Shown: piece after piece, positions 46,801 through 58,000 of the stretch
How positions within the stretch are numbered: position 1 is the stretch's first letter
Layout of the letters: the number at the start of each line of letters is the position of its first letter
From: a virus
IMG/VR virus record: IMGVR_UViG_3300042503_000209
Location: 1 to 64,000 of that record
DNA: 64,000 nt
Strand: one strand, 5' to 3'
Notes under the pieces: model-generated
Told to the model about the DNA's origin: nothing
What the model saw: only the letters and a program-made list of their open reading frames with translations
Databases searched by the model: none
Made by a program: the position numbers and the translations under genes

Positions 46801-49019
46801 AGCTTTAACTGCTCTTGTGATCCTAATCCTAATTCAGGAACAGATGCAAGTCCTCTATAAGATTCAACGAATTTTTCAGCTTCTAATATTACGTCTATAT
46901 ATCCTGGATTACCAACCTTAGATGGATCAGTAATATACTTATACATACTTGATAACGTAGACTTAGTATAGTTAAGTAATCTACCAAATGAAATATCTGG
47001 TCTACCAGCATCTTTCATCTCAATAGAAGATAATAACTCAGAAACTTTATCAACGCTCTGCTCACGACTCTCTTCTGAAAAAGATTCAAATCTTCTAGAC
47101 TTAGCTAGATCTTTTAAATATATCTCACGTTGGCGTAGCTTATCTACAAAGGTTTTAATAGTTGCTTGAAGCTTATCTAACATATCTCCAGGAATATCCT
47201 CTTCAGGCATTTCTTCCTCAGCTGTTAAAAAGTCTTCATCATTAGCAGGGTTATTTAAACCTAAAGCTTTCTTGTATCCTTTAACTTTACTTCTACCACC
47301 TTTAGTCTTAACAATCTGATCTACAAAAGATACGTTAGCACTTGGTTGGTGAGTTTGTATACCTTCCCACTCAAAGTCTGTAACTTTTTGTTCTTTACCC
47401 AAACCTTCTATAGACAACTTAATATGAAGAGTTTGAATTCCCTTAACAGGAAATCCGTTAACTTCAGCAAGTCTTTTGTAAGTAGCAACTTGTATACCAT
47501 GCTGTTGCTGTGTAGTTAGAGGTCCTTCCAGTACTGACTCTTCCCCTACTGGAAACTTTTTGTTACGATAGTTATCACTCTTATAACTGTTCTTAGAAAC
47601 CTTTAGATCTGTAATAAATATATCACCGTTAGGTTTAACAATAAATATATCTAGAGATCCTGCTATACCACTTTGTGCATCAGACAAAACTACTTGTGGT
47701 AGTATAATAGAGCCATCTGACATTACACCAATAAAATATCCCTGTAAAGCATCATAAGCTCTTCTTGAGATATCTTCTGATATAATACCACTCATACTCT
47801 GTTTAGCCTGATCAAAAGTTTTACCTTCAATAATGTCTTGAAGAGTCTGATCAAATTGAGATCCAAACAAACGGTTAAGTTCAAACATCCCTTCTGGATC
47901 ATCAAGCTTACCTTTGATAGCTGTAGTTACAGACTTATATGTTTGACCTGTACTTGTATGTACATACACGTGATTTTTTTCTTCTAGAATTACACGTCCT
48001 GGGTCTTCTTGACCAGCTTTAGGTTCAAAATAGATATCATCTACTATACGCTTCTGAAGATCGTTTCCTAATTGTCTAATACGATTCTTAAAAGTTCTAG
48101 TACGTTCATCTAACTGATACAATGGTTTAACTGATACCGGCATACCAGTAAGATCTATCTTACTTTCAGACAAGCTAATCATATCAGCAATGTCTTGTAA
48201 GTTATAGTTTAGTTCTAAATCAGATATCTTAATACTAAACACTTTATTAAACATTCTACGTAACCAGTTTTTAAACTGGGTCATCATAGAAAGTCTCACT
48301 CTACTAACTTGACTATCTTCTATATTACCAGCATCGGTCATATTACCTGCAGCTAGTTTACCAAGATAGCTAATCAAAGCTTCATCCATTTGATCTTCTT
48401 CAGATAGATTACTATATCCTTCTGTAGCTTTAACATTCTCAATCTCAGATAATCCTTCCTCTATAGACTGAAGCTCTTTCATTAGCTTATCATATAAAGA
48501 CTTATTATCTGTCTTTAGTACACTGATGAATGGATGTAGATACTCATGAAACGGAGTATCTTTAGTTATCTCTTTAGCAGAGTTAATATACACCTTACCG
48601 TTTTGAAACTTAGCTTTCCATTCAGAATTAGGTTCATTAACTACTTGATAATCAACACCAAATCTTTCTTTAAGTCTATCAAGCATCTTGGTAGCTGTTT
48701 CAATATCTACAGGCACTTGAGGTATTACAGCTGTAGGAGTTTCTACTACTGGTTCAGATCCTAAAAACTTTCTAACTGAACTTATAAACGGCTCGTTATT
48801 ACTATCTACTAAACCTTTAGCTTCCCCAGCTTCAAAGTCTCCAAAGTAGGATTTAAAAGACGGGGTGTATGCAAGTAGATACATATCTACAGCTAACTCT
48901 TGATCTTTAGCTACTTCTGGTAATGATATAATATCATTGTATAGTCTAGACTCCTCACCGTTAGGAGCTTTAACTGCTACAACTTTACCTTCATCATTTC
49001 TAAATATTTTACAAGCCAT
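43863..49019 (-). CDS. large virion ejection (polyvalent) protein with HExxH and PD-(D/E)XK domains
   Basis: 1718 aa downstream of the vRNAP; PFHEYLHP; AGSLDI..ITDLKVS..QVATY; hydrophobic C-terminal region. Confidence 0.75.
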   Translation of the reverse strand: MACKIFRNDEGKVVAVKAPNGEESRLYNDIISLPEVAKDQELAVDMYLLAYTPSFKSYFGDFEAGEAKGLVDSNNEPFISSVRKFLGSEPVVETPTAVIPQVPVDIETATKMLDRLKERFGVDYQVVNEPNSEWKAKFQNGKVYINSAKEITKDTPFHEYLHPFISVLKTDNKSLYDKLMKELQSIEEGLSEIENVKATEGYSNLSEEDQMDEALISYLGKLAAGNMTDAGNIEDSQVSRVRLSMMTQFKNWLRRMFNKVFSIKISDLELNYNLQDIADMISLSESKIDLTGMPVSVKPLYQLDERTRTFKNRIRQLGNDLQKRIVDDIYFEPKAGQEDPGRVILEEKNHVYVHTSTGQTYKSVTTAIKGKLDDPEGMFELNRLFGSQFDQTLQDIIEGKTFDQAKQSMSGIISEDISRRAYDALQGYFIGVMSDGSIILPQVVLSDAQSGIAGSLDIFIVKPNGDIFITDLKVSKNSYKSDNYRNKKFPVGEESVLEGPLTTQQQHGIQVATYKRLAEVNGFPVKGIQTLHIKLSIEGLGKEQKVTDFEWEGIQTHQPSANVSFVDQIVKTKGGRSKVKGYKKALGLNNPANDEDFLTAEEEMPEEDIPGDMLDKLQATIKTFVDKLRQREIYLKDLAKSRRFESFSEESREQSVDKVSELLSSIEMKDAGRPDISFGRLLNYTKSTLSSMYKYITDPSKVGNPGYIDVILEAEKFVESYRGLASVPELGLGSQEQLKLMREVQSLLNAVKDEINPALEAYVKDLISKKSNASLTEEELTKILKEGFDISLDQYALGDLQNSKERLLAIAANLYTEANQKAMNRTDEFIIKIKSIGNKLAAAFGGKIDFSFMLNYDKDGNFSGRYLQAIGQKYYDLKKEIYGLLRDDKGEKMEYILIENLEDAKGEDVLYNIELQRRKDKVRKFREAEQLDANNNITSGEYHRYSSEFINERAMYEMPHGPSAKRGILSWVKKSTVTDEAYRKFRDKYYDRIEYMGTIFEKDGSYRGRTELKTGYFVKSKYVETRETTLSGVDMRDERYVKLMNPTTDLERAQKDFYEVFNKEMKATLEKLPIDVQQKMLGKVARVKDNYINTAKRNGSSIFTAITKSLRSWFDISGKVHSTQRLTDDDGVPVDNLPILYTNDPRNEARINAINEKISDLKNAYVLEKSISNEVYEQELKKLQLSLAIENSKINFNDINTDLVENLIAFRMMAEKFEQMSDIETSLLAISKIVEKKKYYVSNSIGEKFLKKGSDADAVYQKEGESLANKRLKKWFKMVYYNNDQYDYSTFAQVAAKLQNITSLKGIGFNVFGAVNNYVMGRINNAIEAYGGVYFDRPAYFRATGEYNKDYMPGLMKGMGSKDGLYNLNKPNSKYEAVVKYFRMIRKYQETSGKVDALQLAYVFQEAGEFNVQSKTGIAVTMSSKFELTNKNTGEKMSIYDAFNFDENTNELTLKPGFDIDEAFRTRVTNYIYEVNKQIHGNYAWEDRMVIQSHWLGELGAQFHKWVYPLFRARFAKRYDNENLGVIEGRYRTFWNVMKHVYQTEQGFLAKTGGMLGALVPGSKTYKNMSELEVRNMHKNIAELGFFMASAVAAYLFNMLASGLDDDDEQMKRLLNFLTYQQTRQQNEILTFIPGLGTLEQYQLAKNPFAALTTLRDYGQIIATAAAMPFPPYDDNYFERGVNKGELKLFKEMTDVIPALNILNRWESFETVKNFYIR

Positions 49020-49044
49020 GTGTTATGTGTATATAAATTAATAA

Positions 49045-52000
49045 TTATTCTCCTTTACAACCAGCGTCATCTTCTTTTTTACGTTCCTGTAGTTCACTTC
49101 TTTTAGCAGCTAGAAGCTTCTGTAAGTTCTTCTTAGCTTCTTCTGGGTCTATGTCAGTTGGTACAGGATTGGTAAAGTTAGGCATTTCTCCCTCAGATTC
49201 ATCAGTAGCTTTAAAAGTATTTTTCATAGCTTTTGGTGAAACAGGCTGCTCTTGACGAGTCTCTTTTAGAACACGCAATAGCTCAGCTGGTTCAGTAATC
49301 TCAGTGTCATACTTAACATCTTTACCGTTTTCTTTTTTATAGAAGGTAAGTTTATTACCTACTATCTGGAAGGTAATTCCCCAATCTTCTTGCAGATCTC
49401 TAGCTTCAGTACTAAATCTTAAAGGATCAAAGTTTCCGATAATATTATCTAGTTCAATTTCTGCTTTAGCTAAAGCTGCTTCAGAAAGATTAAACTTATT
49501 ATTATTAGAAGCTTTTCTATTTCTAAGTACCAAGTTAGTAGGCATCTCACCTGTAAGTCCACCAACCTTCCATTGTTTTCTAGAACCAGTAGGCTCAAAT
49601 TTCTCATATACAGCTGTGTTGCTTAGTGCTATAGTATCACCTACATTTTTAATAAATGACCCAACACCTTCTATAGGAGTAGATTGAGTTACTACTTCTT
49701 CTAATCTCTTAAGCTCAGCGTTTAAGTATTCCCAAGTTCTTGGAGCTTTTTCAGCAAGCTTAGCTAAACCTACACCAATTGGAGGCACAGTTAACTTGTT
49801 ATACTTACCAGTGTTCCATACTGCTATAATAGCATCTATGTCTTGAGTAATTATACGTGCATTTTCTTCAAAATCAGCATCAGATTTGAAAGCAGAATCA
49901 TCCATGTTAGGAGCTTTCTTAGTAGAAATACCCATAGCATTAGGCTCACCTCTCATCTCTTTAGCTTGCCCACCTAAACCTTTTCTTGTATCATTATCAC
50001 CAAATACATATAGTGTACCTGGATTTTTCTGAAGATCTTCTCTTTTAAGAATCTTTGTAGTTCTTGAAAAAGCTGTAGCAGTGCTTACCTTCTTAGCTAC
50101 ACTTCTAAGTTTATAATATGTAGCTTTTTCATTTACACCTTTTTCACCTGTAAGTATCTTAACTGTATAAGGTAGTTCAATATAGTATCTATTGTTACCT
50201 TGTTCATCAGGACGATTAGTAAGTTTAAAACCATTAGCTTTTAAAACTTCTTTATTATAGTTTAACTTATCTAAATCCTTTTGCTCAAACTTACCTTTTT
50301 CAAGTACTTCAGTATAAAATTCATTACCAAACTCATCAATCAACAACATGAGTTCAGGTTTACGAACTCCACCAAACAAGTCAATAGCTAGTATAGTTTC
50401 ATCTTCAGACTGCATTATAACTTCAGGTACATATCCTTTAGGTTTATTTTTTTCAGCCTGTGCATTTACTTTCTTACCAGCAAATACTCTTGTTATATTG
50501 AATGTATTATTAATGTTAGTAGTGTACAAAGAAGTAAACTCATTAAACATTTCTGGAGCTGTAGAACCAAATATTTCTTTGTACTTTTCAGTGTTACCAA
50601 CTAAAGAGTCTTCCTTAAGAAGTTGATGAGCTGCCCCTGTAGAATCTAACAACTCTTTAAACATTGCAGGTGGAATAAACTTAATAAAACTACCACTCTT
50701 AAACTGAGCACCATCTTTAACTATAAGATAGTTAAATAAATTGTAAGCTAAAGATCTAGTTTTTGGATTACTATATATCTCTAAGAAGCTATCTTCAATA
50801 CGATTTTGTTCGTGCTGCCCAAGCTTAGCCCATGTATTAGACTCTACAGTGTTAATACCACCTCTTGATTTAGCATTAAAGTATTCTTGACCTGAGTTAA
50901 CATCATATAGTTTTACAGGAACAATGTTTAAGAATTTATTAGCAAAGTAGTTTTTAGGAAGTTGTTGTCTGATAGATTTTACAGTATCAATAATATCCAT
51001 AAACTGATCTCCTCTAGCTACTGCTTCTGCATCATAGATCATTGAATTATCTAAACCGGCTAGCTTTGCACCTTTACCGTTTACTTTTAGATACTGCATG
51101 TAAGCTTTAATACCTAAATAAGAAATGATATCACGCTTTAGTGTAACGTTAAAGGTTTCTGCTTCTTTAGAATTAACTCTTAAATTTTTAAGAATAGTTT
51201 CTTTAAATCTCTGGAAGATATATGTCTTTTCCATAAAGATACTTTTCTGAAGATCTTGAATCTGATTCTTAATTCTTAAATAGTTAGCCGTAATATTATG
51301 ATGAGGTTTAGAAGCATCTTTACCTGTAAGCACTTGACGTAAATCAAATGGTAATTTACTTTCAGAGAATGTAGAGTCATCCATATTTAAACCAAGCATC
51401 TCTTCTTTCTCTTCAATAGCATCAATAGCTTCATTACTTGTACCTAAACCTTTAGATAACTTAAGTACTTGAGCTACAGCAGAATAGTAAGATGTTTGAT
51501 TATAGAAATTTAAGAATGAACTAAATATTGCAACATTAGCTTCTGGGTTAGAACCAGCAGACTTAATATTGTTTTCCAAAAGTTCTGTTGTAATTTCAGG
51601 TAAAGTAGAATCTTTTACTAATTCATTAGAAAGTTCTTCTAAAAGTTCCTCACCAACCTTAGCTTTTACTAAATCTTGTTCTTGAGGTGTTTTAATCTTC
51701 TTAGAAGCTACAGCGATACGCTTATAAAACTCACGAACAGAAGGTTGTAAGTTAAACATAAGTGCTGTTTCTAAAGGTACACCAAGTGCAACCATATTAG
51801 ATACTACACCTACAGCATTAATATTCAATCCAAGACGTGCAGCCAAACGTTCTTTGGCGTTATCCGTCATAGCTGATACTATAGCAGAAATGTGATAGAA
51901 TATACGCTCACCTGTGTATCCTTCAACCTCACTTACTGCACCACCATCACCAATTTCTGTACGTTTTTGGAAAGCTTTGTTATACTCATAACTATTAAAC

Positions 52001-55000
52001 TTATGACCATCTATAGTTAATACATACAATTCTTCTCCTTTACCGTTTGTTTCTCTAACTCTAGTTAGTTTACCATAACTATTCATAATGGCATAAACTA
52101 GCATTGAGTTTACAGCTGGTCCAATATTACGAGCACCTTCTTTATTATTTTTGAAAGCTTTGTATTGACCGATCATAGAGTCAACATCAGATCCAGTTTC
52201 TACTAACACATCTCTTAGTATTGGGAATCTTTCAATAAAGCTATTAACAATATCTATAAGTGGTTGTACCTCAGCTACTTGGAATGCAGAAGCAACTTTT
52301 CCTTCTGTAGACTTAGTAACTCCATCATTGTTTTGAAGCTTAATCTTAGCTTCAAGAATACGGTTGTTAAGTACACCATTGTTAAGTTCACCATATTGTT
52401 CTACAGCTTTAGCATATTCATCTGCATTACTAGGTAATCCTAATTCTTTTAAAGCACTCTCAATCATCATTGAGTCTAGAGATCTACTAAATAAGTCTTT
52501 AGCTAGATCTTCAAAGCTTTGATAAACACCGCCCTCTTCATCACTATAAGTTTCTTCATTCACAGCTTCAGCTCTAAGTTGAGCAAGCTTTGTTTTAAAA
52601 GTCTTATTGCTTGACTGCAAGTACATTACATACTCAGTAAACTTACCGTCTTTAGTCTTAGCTGTACCATAAGGTATACGTTCTCCATCTTTACGATAGA
52701 AGTCCATAATTTGCATGTACACCTTATCAATATCAAAGTCAGCTCCAGATATTTCAATAAGCTCGTGAGGAAACACTGCTGTAGATCCGTAGAAAGCAGG
52801 TAAGAAATCAACCAACTTACTGGTTACAAATGAGTGCTTATCTTGTGAAGGAATACGTACTGCAAAAGATTTTAAAGCTGCTTCTGAAATAGATCCATCT
52901 TCATTATATAAGTTCATGTCTTCTCTAAAGTGAGGAGGCATCATATACTCTGTAAAGTAACCAGTAATATTACCTTGTTCATCAAACTCTGGAACGTTAT
53001 GTCTTAGATCATCTATGTAGATATCACCCACTTTAAGACCATCAAACTCACGATCTAGATTATTATTATAACGTTTAGCATCTTTAATTTGAGCTAATAA
53101 AGCTTTGTCTTTTTCATACTGGCGTCTAGTAATAACTTCCCAGCTTAAAGGTTGCCCGTTCTCATCTAATCTTGTTACACGTTTAGCAACCTTCATACCG
53201 TAGTTAGAAGCTAACGCTAAAGAGTGTCCTGGAGTTTTTTCACTCATAACACCTTTAGAAAAGTAAGCTAAGAATAACTGAGTAAACTTATCTAAAGTGA
53301 TAGGATGGTTAAGATCATACTTAGGTACATATTCACCAGTCTGCTCATTCTTAATAGGAGTAAAGAACTCAATAAGTTGTGAGTCAGCTCCTGTAGCTTT
53401 AAGAGTTTCAACTTGTTTATTTAAAAACTTACCAAGCTTAGGAGTAATCTGAGATTGTTTAAGTGACTTCTTAAGTTCTTTAAATGCACCTTCAATATCA
53501 AACATCTCATCACGAGCCGCAAAGTAGTTATTCTTAACACGTTGTTCAGTATCAGATAAATAGTTATCAATTACTTGACCAAGAGTCATCTCTTCACCCT
53601 GGAAATTAACTATAAGATCTCTTGACTGTTCTGCAATAATCAACTGCTTAGCTTGAGTAGGATCAGTAATTAATAACTTATTAGAAGGGTTTTCTAACTG
53701 AAGTCTCCAGAAGTTATTATCATGTTCTACAAAGTTCTCATCTGAAATAGAATTAGGGTCAGCAGCAATATTAGTCTTATATCCTTTAGAAGCAGACTTA
53801 GGTATAGCAAATGTAATAGTTTCATTTGCTGACTCATATGCCTCAAGCTTTTCTCTTATTGTATGAAGCTCTTCATATCCTGGTCTAGCTACCCAAGTAT
53901 TACCTTCTTCAACAGAAGTAAGTTGTTTACTTAATAGAATACCTGAAGTCTTAACATACTTCTTACCATCGTTATACACAAGCTTAATAGAGTTAGTCTG
54001 AGCATTATAGCTAACAGAACCTCCTCTTGTACGAGATATTCCATTTTTATCTTTATATATCTCTCCAAAGATATCTTTTGTAGATACACTTTCTCCTCTT
54101 TCAATTTTATCTAGTAAGTCAGCTTGAGCTTGATTAAGTTTACCAAGTCCAAACAATGTATAGCGGAAAGATTTTACAGACATCCACATTTGAGCATCTG
54201 CTTGTTCTTTATTCTTACCAGCATACTTACCTCTATATTGAGGATCATTAATTGTAACTACATGTGACTTTGTATTAGCATGATTAATGCCTAAGTTAGA
54301 TGCTGTAACAATACTAGAAATAGATGCTCCAGAACCATTCAAACCTTTATTACGCTTAACCTCATCAATACCACCATCGTTTTTATAGTTCTCAGCAGCA
54401 TCTCCAATAAACAATTGTCTAGCTGATAATGTATTAATAAAGTTGTTGATAAGTACCTGAGCTATATTATGTTCAGGTGCATCTACAACCATATTAAGCA
54501 TCTTATTTCTATCCTTATCAGTTTTATTATCAGATTTAAAACCTCTAAAAATATAATTAGTAAGAAGTCTATTCTCTAGTTTATCTTCTTTGGTTGCTCC
54601 AATTACGTTTTGTTCTTTTAAAACGGTAATCATTTCATCAAGTTTACCGCCATCCGCTAACCAATACTTTTCAATTTCATTTAGAATTTGGTCATTGTAT
54701 TGTGATATATCTTCAAAGTTTTTAGCAGCATCTTCTAAAGTAGATAATAAACTACCAAGCATATTACCAGTCTTAATAAACTTAAGACCTCTTTCTTCAC
54801 CATTATGGTATCCTTCTATAATACCATTTAAATAATTACCACTATTAATTTCAGTGGTCACTCTAGCTATTCTGTCAAACTCACGTTTAACTTCATTGAG
54901 CAACATATCCTTAGCTTCTTTAGTAAGAACTATCTTACCACTCTTATATTCTACAGCTCTGATTACAGGTAAGTTTAACATATCACCTGTGTTAGAAGCT

Positions 55001-58000
55001 TCCAATACTCCTAATAATACTGAAGAAGTCATAAACTGCTTAGTAGGTTGTCCTTCCTGACCAGGAATAACATGCTTTTTATTATTAGCATATAGATCAA
55101 ACAAACTAATTAAGAATTCACGGTCAGACATTGAGCCATAAGTAATACCTTCATTCTGGTTTACGTTAAGTCTCTTATCTTCTACTAAAGAACCATCTTC
55201 ATTTTTAGTAAGGCTAGATGATTTAATACCATCTATACGTGCAATCTTAAGACCGTCAGCAATATAGTTAAAGAACGGATTGTTCAATAAGTAGTTAGTA
55301 GTTAAGAACTTATCTTTTTTAAGTTCTTGACGGAACTCTTCACTCTGCAATTGTGCAGCTCTTACTAAGTTGTATGTTGGTAACTGATGTGAAAACACTA
55401 ATTCACCTTCTGCATTCTTATAAGAAGTAGAAGATACTTGCTCATCAAACACAGCATTACCAGCAGCTATCTTAGTCAAACGACCAATAGCAGCATCTAC
55501 ATCATCCTCTACATCTTCACTTTGTTCTTCAAATTCTTCCTCAGATATAACCTTTGGTTCTTCTGCAGCAGTAAGTGTAGCCACTTGCTCTTCAGATTCT
55601 GCAAGTTTGTCTGGGTCAATATTTGTACCAAAAGGATTCTTACCACTTCTAATAGAAGATGCAATCTCTCTAGCATCTGACTCAGTCATCACCTCTACAC
55701 CTTCAAAAGCTCTAAGTATTCTTAAGTCATTAGCTGTTAACTTTTTAGTATCAACAGTAGATAAATAACTATACTTAACAAACAATGGAGATAATGATAT
55801 ACCTAGTTCATCTTTTAGAGATAATACTATATTATCAATTTCAGTAGCTAGTACACTTTCCTTATAAGTGTTACCTTTCTTTAAAAGGGTAGCAAGCTTG
55901 TCTAATGCAGCTGTTTTAGATTTAATAAATCTAGAAAGACTTTCAGAATCTTTTGATACATTTTCATACTGATCAACAAAAAGTCTTAGGTATGCATTAT
56001 ACCAAATAGAAAACTGGTTTCTAGCAGCACCTTTACGATTAGCTTCACTAACTCTAGTTTCCTTTTTACTAATATCTTTATTAATAAAGTAGTAATCTAC
56101 TGAGAATTGGTTAAAACCTTTTATAACAGCTTGGAATAAATTAGCTTGATTCTTATTACCAATATCTATGAAGTTACCATCTTCGTCATATTGAAGATCG
56201 ACATCATTAGAAAACTTAGTCCAGAACTTTCTAGCTTCTGGATTATTCTCAGCAAATATTCTTAAACGCTCAAGCATCTGAAACTGATCTGTAGAACCAG
56301 CTACCGCTTTAAGAATACCATTATAAAGAACGTTTGCGTTTACAGCTTCAATTAGTACTTCTTCAGTAGGAGAACCATCCTCAGATATAAATCTAGTATT
56401 ACCAAATTCATCTGTAGTTTCTTCTACAATAGTAGATATATATTGACGTAGTTCTTTAGATAAAGAACCGTAACCACCAATGCTATAAGTTTCTTTCCAA
56501 TTATCAGTAGTCACTCTATCTCCATACTCATCTACTTTATCATCAAAGTCATTAGATTCAACCTCTTCCTGATAACCCATGATACGGGTATGTTCAATAA
56601 CAGCAACTTTAAGAACATTAAAAAAATCTTTATTTGAAAATACAGCAAATAATTGATCTAATTTTTCTATAGCTTTGCGTAAAGCTACTGGATCGTCTCC
56701 GTACCTATCAATAAACTCATCTGAATCATAATAAGGATTATTATTTTTATCATATAAGTTAGCATAATCTTCAAAAACAGTATCTAAAACATCTTCACTA
56801 TGCATTGTTAAACCTGCTTCAGACATACGTCTATGATATACTGCAGCAATAGTAGAAGCTAATATATCACCTTCTTGTTGACTTAAGTAAATAGGAATAG
56901 ATTCTCTTTCACCATCTTCATTATCTATTACAGTAGTTCCAATTTGAATAGCTTTTAAAGCTGTTTGTGTAATAGCAATATTAGGACCAGTAGTAAATCT
57001 ATTCTTTGCTAAAGAAGCATTTCTATAATTACCTTTCTCAATAGACTGAAATAAATCATCTAAAGGAGAAGCTTTAAGACGCTTAAAGAAGTTCTTAACG
57101 AAATCTAATAATCTTCTAAAAAAACTTTTATTTTCTGCAGATGTTGGTGTCTTAACGTCAGACTTCCATGCATCAAACTTATCAGCTAAGTATTCTTCAT
57201 ATACACGCTCTTCTAATTGCTCTTCTGTAAGCTTAGAGTAAAACTCAGGTTTAGTAGCTAGCAACTCTTGTTTAAGCTTAGCAATACTCTTACCTTGTTG
57301 ACGAAGTTCTTGTTTAGCTATATTTAAGTACTTATCAATCTGTTGATCAGTAAGTAACATACGGAATACAGCATGAAACGCTTCATGGTATTTAAACGGT
57401 GTATCTTTACCTACAGCAATCTTACCTTCTAGTTTATTATTTAACTCATTCATATGAGTGTAGAACATACCAACGGTAACACCCTCCACTTTCATTTGAC
57501 GAGCAATATTATTTAACTCTTCTACAGAAATAAACTCTGGAAGATTTTGTTGTGCCCATTTTTTAAATGCATTAATATGTACAACGTCTTGACCAGTAAG
57601 TCTATCTGAAACTTTAAGAGCAGCACTATTATTAATCTTAGCAATTTCTTGATTAATTGCAGCTACACGTGGTTCAGCATCATAATTATGCCTCATTACT
57701 TCACGTCTTGTTTTTCCAGATTTTTTTAAAGCATCACCAATTTCTCTAATTATAGCATATCTCTCATCTTTAAGATCTTGTAGCTGATCTTGAATACTCT
57801 TAGTCTGTTGCTTAGCTTTACGTTCTTCCTCTTCTTTACGTTTTTTTTCTTCCTGCTCTGCTATACGCTTAGCAATCATTTCAGCTTGTGCAGTATCTAT
57901 ATCAGAAGGTAGATTAATACCAGCTAGTTCTTCATCAGTAGGTTCCTCTTGTTGAGGTACTGGTCTCATTTCTGAAATAACAACATTGCTAGATGGAGAA

